Shown: one piece after another, positions 1-9,590 of the stretch
How the letters are laid out: every line of letters begins with the position of its first letter
Position numbering within the stretch: the stretch's first letter is position 1
Assembly (NCBI GenBank): GCA_963732385.1
Contig: CAVSZB010000005.1
Location: forward strand, 320,001-384,000
From: an uncultured bacterium
GTDB taxonomy: Bacteria > Krumholzibacteriota > Krumholzibacteriia > LZORAL124-64-63
DNA length: 64,000 nt
Direction of reading: 5' to 3'
The notes under the pieces: model-generated
Seen by the model: the letters and a program-made list of their open reading frames with translations, nothing else
Told to the model about the DNA's origin: nothing
The model's database searches: none
Translations under genes and position numbers: made by a program

Positions 1-244
1 TGACCCGCTCGCGCGGGCAGAGCGGGCAGCTCAACTGGCAGCGTACGGTCGGCTCGAGCTGCAGCGCGATCGGGTACGACCAGGGTCGCAGAACGCGCTG
101 CCGGGCCTCGAGGCGACTGAGCAGGAAGTTGGCCGTCTGGCGGGCGCCGAGCCGCCCGCGGGAAAACACGAGACGGTCGAACGTGAAGTCGAGACGGCGT
201 CCGGCCAGCAGCCGGGCAGCGCGGGCGAAGCGTGGCAGGTTCAT
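1..244 (-). CDS. Radical SAM protein, N-terminal part (runs off the window edge; not in the ORF track)
   Basis: Translated by hand from ATG at 244, which overlaps the upstream stop (ATGA): MNLPRFAR...YPIALQLEPTVRCQLSCPLCPRERV. Contains CxxxCxxC preceded by a typical 'EPT' motif. Confidence 0.8.
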   Translation of the reverse strand, partial: MNLPRFARAARLLAGRRLDFTFDRLVFSRGRLGARQTANFLLSRLEARQRVLRPWSYPIALQLEPTVRCQLSCPLCPRERV

Positions 245-1080
245 GCGGCGAGCAACTCCTTCAGTCGTCGTAGATCGGCGCGCACGGCCGCGGGATCGCG
301 GTCGCGGTGGTCGGTTTCGAGAATGGCGGGCACGGCCAGCGAAGCCTCATGCAGACGTGCCAGCGGCGTCCAGTCGATCCGGCCCGTGCCGAGCGGACGG
401 TGGGCGCGGCGACCGTCGTGATCGTGCAAGTGCACCCACGCGAGCCTTTCGCCGACTTCGTCCAGCGCGCTCGCCCACCCCCGCGCGCCGGCCGGCAGCC
501 GCGCGGGGCAGGCGAACGGCCGGGGGCTGAAGCGATCATTGGCCACGAGCAGCTTGCGCCGCAGTCCGCGCGCCGGATAGAGGCGCTCGTGGAGATGGCC
601 GATGTCGAGGCAGATGCGCGCGTCCGCCGCCGCCGCGACCGCCCGCATCAGGGCGATATCGCGCGCATCGTCGGCGTTCTCGAGGCAGAGGGAAACGCCC
701 AGTTCACGGGCCCTCGCGGCGAGCGGAGCGACGAGATCCGTCCAGCCCACGACCGTCTGCGAGCCGCCGCGCAGGTGCAGGATCGCCGCCTCGGCGCCCA
801 CGCGGGCGGCGAAAGCCAGTCCGGTGATCAGGGGCTCGGGGATCCCGCCACCGAGCTGCGCGAACGGCAGATGCACGCCCAGCCGCGCCACGGCCGGCCG
901 CAGACGCCGCGCAATCTCGTCCCCGACCCCGTCGCTCGCCGGACAGGCGGCGGCATAGTGGTCGGTGGCCAGGTGCAGCTCGCAGGCCTCCAGGCCGAAT
1001 TCGCGCGCGAGCGCCTCGAACAGGTCCAGGCCGCCGCGCCAGTCCGCCGCCGGCAACAACGCCGTCTGCAGTCCGATCAC
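241..1080 (-). CDS. Sugar phosphate isomerase/epimerase (xylose isomerase-like TIM barrel)
   Basis: Metal-ligand motifs LCLEN, CLDIGH, VHLHD, HRPLGTGRIDW and ILE. Confidence 0.8.
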   Translation of the reverse strand: MIGLQTALLPAADWRGGLDLFEALAREFGLEACELHLATDHYAAACPASDGVGDEIARRLRPAVARLGVHLPFAQLGGGIPEPLITGLAFAARVGAEAAILHLRGGSQTVVGWTDLVAPLAARARELGVSLCLENADDARDIALMRAVAAAADARICLDIGHLHERLYPARGLRRKLLVANDRFSPRPFACPARLPAGARGWASALDEVGERLAWVHLHDHDGRRAHRPLGTGRIDWTPLARLHEASLAVPAILETDHRDRDPAAVRADLRRLKELLAA

Positions 1081-1089
1081 GACCGCGCC

Positions 1090-2265
1090 TCAGCCGAGGA
1101 GTTCACGGTAGATCCCGAGGGTCTGGTCGGCGCAGCGCTCCCAGGTGAATTGCGCGGCGCGCATCCGGCCGCGCTGCGCGACCAGCGCGCGCAGGGAGTC
1201 GTCTTCGATCAGCAGGCGCAGCCCGTGCGCAATCGCCTCGGGCGAGCGGGGGTCGGCAAAGAGCGCCGCGTCGTGCAACGTTTCGCGCAGCGGCGGGATG
1301 TCGCTCGCCAGGACCGCGGTGCCGCAGGCGGCGGCCTGCAGGGGGCAGAGTCCGAACCCCTCGTAGTGGCTGGGATAGGCGAGCAGGGTGGCCGCGCGCA
1401 TCAGCGGCGGCACGAGCGCGTGCGGCACATAGCCGAGCGTGCGCACGGTGCCGTGCAGACGCTGCCGCTGCAGATCCTTCCAGAAATAGCGTTGCCGCCA
1501 GCCGCGTCCGCCGGTGATGACGAGCGGGAACTCGCGCTGCAGGTTCTCGGGCAGCAGGGCGTGCGCCCGCAGCAGCCCCTGCAGGTTCTTGCGCGGCTCG
1601 AGGGTGCCGACGAACAGCACGTAGCGCGGGGGCAGGCCGAGGTCCTCGATGAGCCGGGCCGACGCTTCGGCGGCGCCAGCTGTGGCGCCGGCCGCGATGA
1701 AGCGGGCATCCACCCCCAGATGCGTCACGCGCACCCGCTCCGGATCGATCTCCGGGAAGTTCTCCAGCAGCTCGCCGCGCATGAAGAAGCTGTCGACGAC
1801 GATACGTCCGGCGCTCCGCGTCGCGGCGCGCAGGTTCTCGCTCAGCCAGCCGATGCGGTCGCGCGGCAGGAACTCCGGGGTGCGCAGGTAGGACAGGTCG
1901 TGCACCGTGATGACCGTCGGACCGTTGAACGGCAGGGGGATGTAGTTGGGCTCGTGATAGAGGGACCAGTCGCCCCGGGCGGCGGCGCGCCGGAACGAGA
2001 CCGCGCGGAACCGGTGTCCGGCGCGCCGGAACGAAGGCAGGAGGGAACGCGCGAACTGCCCCAGCGGGGAACTGACTCGCAGCTCGCCCCCCTCGTTTGC
2101 GGCCGCGGCGGCGAAATCGTCCCACGGCACCACGCCCCAGCCGGTGAACGCCCCGAGCTGCTCGACCTCCGGCCGGCGGCCGAGCTGGTCGAGCAGATTC
2201 CAGACATAGCAACCGACACCGGTGTAGGCCCCGTGCGCCGGCTTGGCGTTCAGGAGAATGCGCAT
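1090..2265 (-). CDS. Glycosyltransferase family 4 (GT-B)
   Basis: TVHDL, FVGTLEPRKNL, YPSHYEGFGLCPLQAAACG (variant of the EX7E motif). Confidence 0.9.
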   Translation of the reverse strand: MRILLNAKPAHGAYTGVGCYVWNLLDQLGRRPEVEQLGAFTGWGVVPWDDFAAAAANEGGELRVSSPLGQFARSLLPSFRRAGHRFRAVSFRRAAARGDWSLYHEPNYIPLPFNGPTVITVHDLSYLRTPEFLPRDRIGWLSENLRAATRSAGRIVVDSFFMRGELLENFPEIDPERVRVTHLGVDARFIAAGATAGAAEASARLIEDLGLPPRYVLFVGTLEPRKNLQGLLRAHALLPENLQREFPLVITGGRGWRQRYFWKDLQRQRLHGTVRTLGYVPHALVPPLMRAATLLAYPSHYEGFGLCPLQAAACGTAVLASDIPPLRETLHDAALFADPRSPEAIAHGLRLLIEDDSLRALVAQRGRMRAAQFTWERCADQTLGIYRELLG

Positions 2266-2286
2266 CGCGAGGAATATAGGCGACCG

Positions 2287-2877
2287 TCAGCCCCGGATCG
2301 AGCGCAAGAATGCGCGCGACAGCCGTTTCGACAGTAACAGCAGCAGGACCCCGGCGCTCAGGGCGAGCGGAATCAGCCAGTATCCCAGCACTTCGCGCGC
2401 CCCGACACGCGACGCGGGGTCGATAATACCGAGCGAAAACCCGCCGCCCGGCCCCAGGAACAGCCCGGCCTGCGACGGCAGGATCGGCTTGGCCACGGCA
2501 ACGGCCAGCATGGCGAACGCGAGCGCGTAGAAGATCAGCACGACCGTCCCGCCACAGAAGGCCCACGCGCTGGTTCCCAGCAGTCGCAGCACCTGGGACG
2601 CCAGCGCGACCGGCGATCCGCTCGCCAGGGCGCTGGAAATGTGGTAGTTGGACACGAAGCGGGCCGCGTAGGCCTCCGGCTCCCCCAGCTCGCCGAGCGC
2701 CTTGTCCGGGGACGCCGCTTCGTCCGCCACCTCGAGGCGATCGAGCAGATGAGCCGCCGTCTCGCGCACGATCTCCTCGCGCTCGCTCTCGGGCAGCGGC
2801 GCCAGGCCGGCCCGCAGCCGGCGCAGATATTCGAGCATCCCGGGCGGCAGCTTCGCGAACAGATCGGGCCCGTTCAT
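2287..2877 (-). CDS. DUF1700/HAAS-domain membrane protein
   Basis: Start moved to MNGPDL. YLRRLRAGLAPLPESEREEIVRE..H and LGEPEAYA are followed by TM helices. Lies directly downstream of PadR. Confidence 0.75.
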   Translation of the reverse strand: MNGPDLFAKLPPGMLEYLRRLRAGLAPLPESEREEIVRETAAHLLDRLEVADEAASPDKALGELGEPEAYAARFVSNYHISSALASGSPVALASQVLRLLGTSAWAFCGGTVVLIFYALAFAMLAVAVAKPILPSQAGLFLGPGGGFSLGIIDPASRVGAREVLGYWLIPLALSAGVLLLLLSKRLSRAFLRSIRG

Positions 2878-3215
2878 GTGCGCTCTCCCTCGATCAGGTC
2901 CGTGAGGCTGCGGCGAAAGTCGATCCATTCGGACTTCATGGCCTGCAGCAGGGCGCGTCCGTCGCCGGTCAGCCGGTAGTACTTGCGCGGGTGGGTCGCG
3001 CCGGGATCCTCCACCCAGAGCGCGGAGATCTTGCCCTCCTTCTGGAGACGGTTCAGGAGGGGATAGATCGTGCCGTCGGAAAGGCCGAGCCCCTCCCGTC
3101 CCCGCACCTCCTCCAGCAGCTGAAGGCCGTAGCTTTCGCGGCGCTCCAGCAGGGCGAGGATCGCCAGCTCGGCCGCCCCCTTCCACAGCTGCGACTTCCA
3201 GCGCTCGACCTCCAC
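2874..3215 (-). CDS. PadR family transcriptional regulator
   Basis: LAILALL..ESYG..L, GTIYPLLNRL..EG, RKYYRLT..G; probable GTG start at 3215. Confidence 0.9.
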   Translation of the reverse strand: MEVERWKSQLWKGAAELAILALLERRESYGLQLLEEVRGREGLGLSDGTIYPLLNRLQKEGKISALWVEDPGATHPRKYYRLTGDGRALLQAMKSEWIDFRRSLTDLIEGERT

Positions 3216-3219
3216 CAGG

Positions 3220-4653
3220 TCACCGCCCCTTCGCGACCCGGGCAAGCACCCAGTCGCGGATGGCGGCAAGACCATCCTCGTTCATGGTCTCCTCGATCGT
3301 GGCGTACTCATCGGGGCTCCCCGTCTTCGCGCGTTGCAGCACGTGGTTCAGACCGGCCAGACGCCGCACGGCGACGTCGCGGTTACCCCCCTCGCCCAGC
3401 GCCTTCTCGATCTCCGGCAGGTTCTGCTCGGGATCGACCTGCAGATCCAGGGTGCCGTTGAGCGCGAGCACGGGGCAGCGCACCCGCCGCAGCGCCACCC
3501 GCGGATCGAGACCGACCGCGTAGCGGAACCACGGGCTGAGCATGCCACGCATAGCGGAATCGGCCAGAACGTCGGGGCTGCCCGCCGCCGCGCGGGCGCT
3601 GTCGGGCAGCGCCGCGATCTGGGCGTGGATCTGCTCGAGCAGGGCCGCGCGCACCACGAGACTGTCGGCGCCCGTCTTCACCAGGTCCATGATCAGTTTC
3701 GAACTCGCCACCTCCGTGGCGACCGCGGTCGGCGAGGCGCCGTCGGCGCATCCGATCAATTCGGTCTGGCGCAGCACGACCTCGTCGAGCGGCACGCCGG
3801 TGCCGGCGATCATCACCACGAAGGCCACGTCATCCGGCGCCCGCGAGGCCGCCAGCGGCCCCACGATGCCCCCCTCGCTGTGCCCGATCAGTCCGATCCT
3901 GGCCGGATCGATCGCGGCGCGCGTCCTGAGAAAACGCACTCCGGCCAGGGCATCGTCGGCGAAATCGGATGTCGTGCTGTTGCGCACCTTTCCGGTCGAT
4001 CCGCCGACGCCCCGGTCGTCCGCGCGCAGGACTGCAATGCCGGCACGGGTGAGATAGTCCGACAGGACCAGGAACGGCTTGTGCCCGAACAGCGCTTCGT
4101 CGCGATCCTGCGCGCCACTGCCGGTGATCAATACGGCCGCCGGGAACGGGCCGGACCCTTCAGGCAGCGTCAGCGTGGCCACGAGATGGATCGGTCCGTT
4201 GTCGTAGCCGACCTCCTCCTCGCGGTACGGGAACGGCCGCTTCGGCTCCTGGGGCCGGAGCGGCGCCGCGAGCTTCTCGCGACCAAGGTAAAACGGGAAC
4301 GTCTGCCCCCCCTGCGTAAACCTGCCGGTGATTCTGCTGTCCTCGCGAACGCCGCGGAACGTGGGCTCGCCCGGCACGCCGGCCAGCGCGAAGCAGAGGG
4401 AATCGCCGACGGCGCGCACGCCCGCCAGCGCGATCCCCTTCGCTCCCTGCATCGGGATGTCGGCGGTTCCCGACCAGGCACCGTCCTGCAACGACAGCTC
4501 GATGAGCAGGCCAAGCTCCATCCCCGGCAGCGTGACCGCCCCCTCCCAATGGCCCGAGACATCGGTCGTCGCGGCGCCGGCGGGCGCGCCCGACAGCGTG
4601 ACGAGCAGGACCGCGAACCCGACGGCGACAAGGCGGCGACAGGGCGCGAACAT
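3220..4653 (-). CDS. Secreted alpha/beta-fold hydrolase (S9/S15-like)
   Basis: Signal peptide, GSGAQDRD, nucleophile elbow GHSEGG, catalytic Asp/His motifs DLQV and LNH. Confidence 0.85.
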   Translation of the reverse strand: MFAPCRRLVAVGFAVLLVTLSGAPAGAATTDVSGHWEGAVTLPGMELGLLIELSLQDGAWSGTADIPMQGAKGIALAGVRAVGDSLCFALAGVPGEPTFRGVREDSRITGRFTQGGQTFPFYLGREKLAAPLRPQEPKRPFPYREEEVGYDNGPIHLVATLTLPEGSGPFPAAVLITGSGAQDRDEALFGHKPFLVLSDYLTRAGIAVLRADDRGVGGSTGKVRNSTTSDFADDALAGVRFLRTRAAIDPARIGLIGHSEGGIVGPLAASRAPDDVAFVVMIAGTGVPLDEVVLRQTELIGCADGASPTAVATEVASSKLIMDLVKTGADSLVVRAALLEQIHAQIAALPDSARAAAGSPDVLADSAMRGMLSPWFRYAVGLDPRVALRRVRCPVLALNGTLDLQVDPEQNLPEIEKALGEGGNRDVAVRRLAGLNHVLQRAKTGSPDEYATIEETMNEDGLAAIRDWVLARVAKGR

Positions 4654-4685
4654 GGTGAAATCCTTCCGGTTCTGGTGACCATGCA

Positions 4686-4704
4686 ATGCTACTATATAGT
4701 GCAT
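4686..4704. promoter_or_regulatory. AT-rich palindrome, putative PadR operator
   Basis: ATGC-T-ACTATATAGT-GCAT in the divergent intergenic region upstream of the hydrolase-padR operon. Confidence 0.4.
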
Positions 4705-4828
4705 AACACGACAACATGCATTATAACGAGACGCGCCCGCGAATAGTTGCGGGTGATTTTGTGAATTGTGTATCTCCCTGTGAAATGGCACGATGCAGAT
4801 CCTGTGGCGCCCAATGAGAGAGCCGCGC

Positions 4829-5218
4829 ATGCCCCCCTGGACCGTATACATCCTGGCCTGCCGTGACGGATCGCTCTATACGGGGATCACGAACGATCTG
4901 GATCGTCGTCTGACGGCCCACGCCGCCGGCACCGCCTCGCGGTACACCCGGTCGCGCCTGCCGGTCCGTCTGGCGTACCGCGAACCGGCCGCCGACCGCG
5001 CGACGGCCCTGCGGCGCGAGGCGGCGATCAAGCGTCTGATGCGGGCGGACAAGCTGGCGCTGATTGCAGGGTGGGAATCGTCAGCGGCCCCTGCGGCAAC
5101 ACGCAGAGCGAAGCCGCAGGACCGCGCGCGGCGAGCAGATGCGCCACCGTCTCACCGATCGACCGGCAGGGAATCAGGTGCGCGGCGCGGATCTCCGCCG
5201 CGGTCAGGCCGTCGCTGA
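4829..5218 (+). CDS. GIY-YIG nuclease family protein (UPF0213-like)
   Basis: VYILACRDGSLYTGITNDL..R...H, YTRSRLPV, ALRREAAIK; the C-terminal tail overlaps the convergent gene. Confidence 0.85.
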   Translation: MPPWTVYILACRDGSLYTGITNDLDRRLTAHAAGTASRYTRSRLPVRLAYREPAADRATALRREAAIKRLMRADKLALIAGWESSAAPAATRRAKPQDRARRADAPPSHRSTGRESGARRGSPPRSGRR

Positions 5219-6341
5219 AGAGGTGCACCTGGGCCCGCTGCTGGATCCGGGACTGGATCTGCGCCTGCCATTGGTCGAGGTGCGTGAAGCCGGGCGTCAT
5301 GACCCGCGCCAGCAGGTCCTGCGGATCACGCGCCTCGCGGAGTAACCTCGCATAGCCGCTCTCCTGGGGCAAGCCGTCGTCGCACGCGGCAGCGACGATG
5401 ATCGCCCCTCCCGGTTTCACCACGCGCGCCGCCGCCGACATCCCCTTCACGCACTGGTACAGGTTGCGATCGAGCGGGAAACCGCTGTTGGTGGTCAGCA
5501 CGACGTCGAACGGGCCGGGCAGCGGCGCGAGCGCCGTCGCCCCCACGAAGCGCGTTCCGGCGGCGTGCGCGCAGGCGAGGTCGCCCGCGAACACCCCGGT
5601 GATGCGTCGCCGGTGGTCGAGCGCGACGTCCAGCAGGAAGGACGGCCCGACCCGCAGCGCCACGTCCAGCATCTCCTCCCAGACCGGGTTCCCGCGCGTC
5701 ACGCCCCAGGTGGCGCACGGGTCGGCGAGCAGCCGCGCGGCGTGGTTGGCGAGCACGGTGTCGAGCCCGGCCAGGCCCGGCATGATCGCCTTCGGACCGC
5801 CGGTGAAGCCGGCGAAGAAGTGCGGCTCGATGAAGCCGGTGAGGATCTTCACGTCGGCGCGCAGGAATTCGGCATTGATGAAAGCTTCGCGGCCCCCCGC
5901 AGCGCCGCCGGTCGGCGCGAGCCGGGCGAGCCCCGCGGTGTCGCGACAGTCGTGCTGCACCACGCGACAGCGGCCGTGGACCGCGGAGCCGAGCATCTCC
6001 GCCAGCTCCGCGGCGCTGTTGGGCCGGTGGGTTCCGGTCGCGTTGAACAGGGTGATGCGCGCCGGAGACACGCCCGACAGCGCCAGTTCGTCGAGCAGGA
6101 CCGGCAGGATCCGATCGCGCGGCTGAGCCCGCGTGAAGTCGCTGAATACGACCGCCACCGTGTCATCCGCCCGCACGCGTGCGCTCAGCGGCGGCGACCC
6201 CAGCGGTGACCGCAACGCGGCGCGGATCGCGGCCGGCTCGTCGGGCAGCGACGGCGCGTGCCGCGGCGCGACCACCGTGACCCGGTCGTCGGGCAGTTCC
6301 ACCTCGAGATCGTGGCGACCATAGGCGAGTTGCACGCGCAT
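5028..6341 (-). CDS. larA: Nickel-pincer-dependent lactate racemase family protein (LarA superfamily)
   Basis: Start MRVQLAYG; SDFTR, ATGTHR, VVQHD, GFIEPHFFAGFTGGPK, PLDRNLYQCVKG. Confidence 0.85.
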   Translation of the reverse strand: MRVQLAYGRHDLEVELPDDRVTVVAPRHAPSLPDEPAAIRAALRSPLGSPPLSARVRADDTVAVVFSDFTRAQPRDRILPVLLDELALSGVSPARITLFNATGTHRPNSAAELAEMLGSAVHGRCRVVQHDCRDTAGLARLAPTGGAAGGREAFINAEFLRADVKILTGFIEPHFFAGFTGGPKAIMPGLAGLDTVLANHAARLLADPCATWGVTRGNPVWEEMLDVALRVGPSFLLDVALDHRRRITGVFAGDLACAHAAGTRFVGATALAPLPGPFDVVLTTNSGFPLDRNLYQCVKGMSAAARVVKPGGAIIVAAACDDGLPQESGYARLLREARDPQDLLARVMTPGFTHLDQWQAQIQSRIQQRAQVHLFSDGLTAAEIRAAHLIPCRSIGETVAHLLAARGPAASLCVLPQGPLTIPTLQSAPACPPASDA

Positions 6342-6437
6342 CGGGTGAGTATGGGCCCCGCGGCGACGCGCGTCCACGGGATCGCGTCCGGGGGATCGCG
6401 CTGTTCGCGACCCGCCTGGCTGCGCTATGTTGCCGGC

Positions 6438-7877
6438 ATGGAAGAACGCGACCTGACACAGCAGGCGCCGCGGACCGGGGCGCGGAGGCGACGGATTCCT
6501 CCCGAGGCCCTGGTCTTCGTGCTCGTGACCGTCGTGCTCGTCCGCCAGCTGCTGCTCCCGCCAATCGTCGGCCTCGCCGACAACGGTGATTTCCACCGCG
6601 TCATGGGCCCCCTCGGACTGGAACACCGATCCACGGAGTGGAGCGAACGCTACTTCGGCTGGCTCGGGCGCGACTACGTGGCAGGGCCGAAGGCGCCCGT
6701 GCAGCTGCTTTCGTCGCAACTGCTGCTGAGCGGAGCCGCCGTCGGGCTGGGCCGCCTGCTGCCGGGCGACGGCCGGTTCGACATCCGCCTGCAGGGGGCG
6801 CTGCACCTGGTCCTGTACCTGCTCGGACTGGCCCTGATTTTGCGGGCTGCGCGCACCTTCGCCGCCCCGGCGCGGGCGGTGATCAACGGCGCGCTGCTGC
6901 TGGCCGCGACCGATGTGGCGTACGTGGCGCCGCTCAACTCGTTCTACGCGGAGACCGCCACGCTCATCTTCCTGGTGGTGCTGCTCGGTTGCGCGCTGCT
7001 CGCCCTGCGCGACGGCCGGGCGTCCGGCCTGGCCATCGCCGGCTACCTGACGGCCGCTGCGCTGTTCGTGGCCGCGAAGCCGCAGAACTACTTCCTGGCG
7101 ATCCCGCTGGCCGGACTGGCGCTCGTCATGCTGCCTCGCGCGCGCGGCCGGCTGTTGCGCGGCGCCATCGTGACCGGCGCCGTGACGCTGGTGGCGCTGG
7201 GGCTGTTCCTGCATACCCGGGTGCCCGCGATCCTGCGGATGCCCAACCTATGGAACAACGTCTTCACCACCATCCTCGCCGACTCGCCCGACCCGCGTGC
7301 CGACCTGGCTGAATTCGGGCTCGACCCGGCGCTGGCCCGGTTCGCGGGCGTGCCGGCCTTCACCGACTCCATCCCGATCGGGGAAGCAACGACGGGCTAC
7401 GGGTTCGGCGACGTGCTGCGCTTCCATCTGCGCCACCCCGGCCGGTTCGTCCGGATCGCGGCCGCGTGCGCGCGCCACACGTTCATCTGGCGGGATGAGC
7501 GGATTGGCAACTTTCCCCGCGAGGCGGGACGTCCCGCCGGATCACAGACCCCGGACTTCGCCGGCTGGAGCCGTTTTGAAGCGGCAGTGATGCCCCGCTC
7601 ACTTTCCTGGCTGGTCATATTCCTGGGCGGAATCCTGGCGACGGGCCTGGTCGAAGCGGCGCGTCACGGCCTGCGCACGGCAACCGGCGGCACCGCCTGG
7701 CTGGTGGCGATGCTGGCGCTGGCGGCGGGGATGGAGTTCGGGATCTGTATCGTGGGCGACGGCTACTACGACATCGTCAAGCACCTGTACCTGTTCCAGT
7801 TGCTGTACGACGCCTGCCTCTTCACGGCGCTGGCCTGGACGGCGGGGCGCCTGGCCGCGCTCCTGCCGCGTCTCTGA
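6438..7877 (+). CDS. Polytopic membrane protein, WsfD-like GT-C glycosyltransferase
   Basis: GLADNGDF.RVM after the first TM, 'NSFYAE', 'AKPQ', 'GDG..DIVKHL', many TM helices. Confidence 0.6.
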   Translation: MEERDLTQQAPRTGARRRRIPPEALVFVLVTVVLVRQLLLPPIVGLADNGDFHRVMGPLGLEHRSTEWSERYFGWLGRDYVAGPKAPVQLLSSQLLLSGAAVGLGRLLPGDGRFDIRLQGALHLVLYLLGLALILRAARTFAAPARAVINGALLLAATDVAYVAPLNSFYAETATLIFLVVLLGCALLALRDGRASGLAIAGYLTAAALFVAAKPQNYFLAIPLAGLALVMLPRARGRLLRGAIVTGAVTLVALGLFLHTRVPAILRMPNLWNNVFTTILADSPDPRADLAEFGLDPALARFAGVPAFTDSIPIGEATTGYGFGDVLRFHLRHPGRFVRIAAACARHTFIWRDERIGNFPREAGRPAGSQTPDFAGWSRFEAAVMPRSLSWLVIFLGGILATGLVEAARHGLRTATGGTAWLVAMLALAAGMEFGICIVGDGYYDIVKHLYLFQLLYDACLFTALAWTAGRLAALLPRL

Positions 7878-7893
7878 CCGGCGCGGAGCCGCC

Positions 7894-8715
7894 TCACCAC
7901 TCGCGGAAGATGCTCAGGGTCGCGCCGCGCACCGTGTAGAACGGCGTGTCGCCGTACTCGGCGCGCAGGTTCAGACCCCAGTGACCGTCGAACCACTGCG
8001 AGAAGCCGGCGTTGAACCCGGTGCTGCGGTAGTCGACCAGCGCATTGCCGGCGCCCACGAGCTGGTACGACACGTCGCCGACGTCGTAGCCGACGCCGAA
8101 AGAGGTGCGCCGCCAGACGACGTAGCTGAGGCCGACCCCGCCCGAGGTGGAGCGGGTGTTTCCCGGCTGGCCGAGGTCATAGCGACCCTGCGCGCTCAGC
8201 ACCCAGTGCGGCAGGTAGCGGGCCAGGCTCAGGCCGAGGCCGTCTGACCGGTTGTCCCCCTTGCTCTGGATGCGGGTGTAGCCGAGCGTGGTGACGACTC
8301 CGGCGAGCGGGCGGCTGACGGACGCATCGAGCCGGTAGCGGTGCGCGATGAATTCGCCCGTGCCCGACGAGACGCCGAGCGTGGCGCTCGTCCGCCCGAA
8401 CCAGCGCGTGTACGACGCCCCGCCGTCGAGGCTGCGATCGTCGAAGCGTTCGGAGCGGCCCGCCTCGACGCGCCACGCCCACCGGTCGGGCCGCCACAGG
8501 GCGCAGCGCACGAACTGGCCATTGGCGTCGCCGTAGCCTTCCGTGTAGTGCCCCCACGCCCCCCCCGCCTCCACGGAGCGCACCAGCGGCGGCGCGTCGG
8601 TCGCGGCGGCCAGGACCGCCGGCCAACCGACCGCCAGCGCCACGACGAGAGCGGGGCGGAGCAGGCAGAGCGCGCGGCGCGCGGACTCAGATGTTGTCCG
8701 TCCGGCGGATCGCAT
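7894..8715 (-). CDS. YaiO-family-like outer membrane beta-barrel protein
   Basis: Signal-like N-terminus, alternating amphipathic strands rich in G/Y/W, C-terminal aromatic residue (IFREW), sits in a GT2 operon. Confidence 0.65.
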   Translation of the reverse strand: MRSAGRTTSESARRALCLLRPALVVALAVGWPAVLAAATDAPPLVRSVEAGGAWGHYTEGYGDANGQFVRCALWRPDRWAWRVEAGRSERFDDRSLDGGASYTRWFGRTSATLGVSSGTGEFIAHRYRLDASVSRPLAGVVTTLGYTRIQSKGDNRSDGLGLSLARYLPHWVLSAQGRYDLGQPGNTRSTSGGVGLSYVVWRRTSFGVGYDVGDVSYQLVGAGNALVDYRSTGFNAGFSQWFDGHWGLNLRAEYGDTPFYTVRGATLSIFREW

Positions 8716-9589
8716 GGCCGTTCCCCCCGTTCTCCCACCGCGGGTCATCCTGGCGCAGCCCGTGCCGCCAGCTCATGCCCCAGCTGTAGAAAGCGATGAA
8801 CACGAGGACATTCAGCGGCAGGCCCACGACGAAAAACATCAGCGGCAGAAAAAGCAGCGACAGGTGATGAATGATCCAGGCATGCGCCACGTACTGCAGG
8901 GGCACGAGCAGGATCAGGTGCAGCATCGTCATCAGGGTAAGCGCCACCTTGCGGCCAAGGCTGAAATCGAGACCGTAATAGGTGAGCCCCAGCACGATCG
9001 GCACGAGTGCGATGAGCATCAGGTCGGCGATCAGCATCCCATGCACGTAGCCGCCGCCCTCGTACGGGAATGCCCGCGGCCAGAAGGCGAAGAAGATCTG
9101 CGCGCCGATCTGGAAGAAGGCCAGCAGCCGGAGCACATAGCGCAGCGGCAACAACCGCCGCGGCGTCAGGAACGAGCCCCCCACGAGCGCGAGGGTGAAC
9201 AGCGCCCCGCTCCACCAGAGACCGCTGCCCGGCAATCCGGATCCGAAATGCAGGTAGGGCACGGAGAACCGCCACAAACCGTAGAAATCGTAGCGCATCC
9301 AGGTGACGTGTCCCGCCAGCCCCACATAGCCGCGACCGAGGTCAAGCAGCGCGCCCCAGAAACGGCTCAGAGGCTCGAGCAGCAGCAGATAGCTGACGAA
9401 GAAGACCAGCGCCAGCAGAGCGGCCGGCGCGATTTCCCGCAGCTGCACCGGCGAAGTGCGCAGGGCGCGGTGCGGCGCGATATCGCCGCCACCCCAGCCC
9501 TGATGGCTCAGCTTGTCGATCCGCCGCCGCAGCACGGGGTCGTTCCACGGTGGTTTAGCATCGAGCAGCAGGTGTCGCGCGGCCGCCAT
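8687..9589 (-). CDS. Hypothetical integral membrane protein
   Basis: Start MAAARH 2 nt after the upstream stop; about 6-7 hydrophobic helices. Confidence 0.75.
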   Translation of the reverse strand: MAAARHLLLDAKPPWNDPVLRRRIDKLSHQGWGGGDIAPHRALRTSPVQLREIAPAALLALVFFVSYLLLLEPLSRFWGALLDLGRGYVGLAGHVTWMRYDFYGLWRFSVPYLHFGSGLPGSGLWWSGALFTLALVGGSFLTPRRLLPLRYVLRLLAFFQIGAQIFFAFWPRAFPYEGGGYVHGMLIADLMLIALVPIVLGLTYYGLDFSLGRKVALTLMTMLHLILLVPLQYVAHAWIIHHLSLLFLPLMFFVVGLPLNVLVFIAFYSWGMSWRHGLRQDDPRWENGGNGHAIRRTDNI

Positions 9590-9590
9590 C

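Noticed and set aside
5028..5218. 190-bp convergent overlap of GIY-YIG and larA
   Set aside because: The conserved GIY-YIG domain ends near the start of the overlap. The remainder is a low-complexity tail expected where stop codons are rare.
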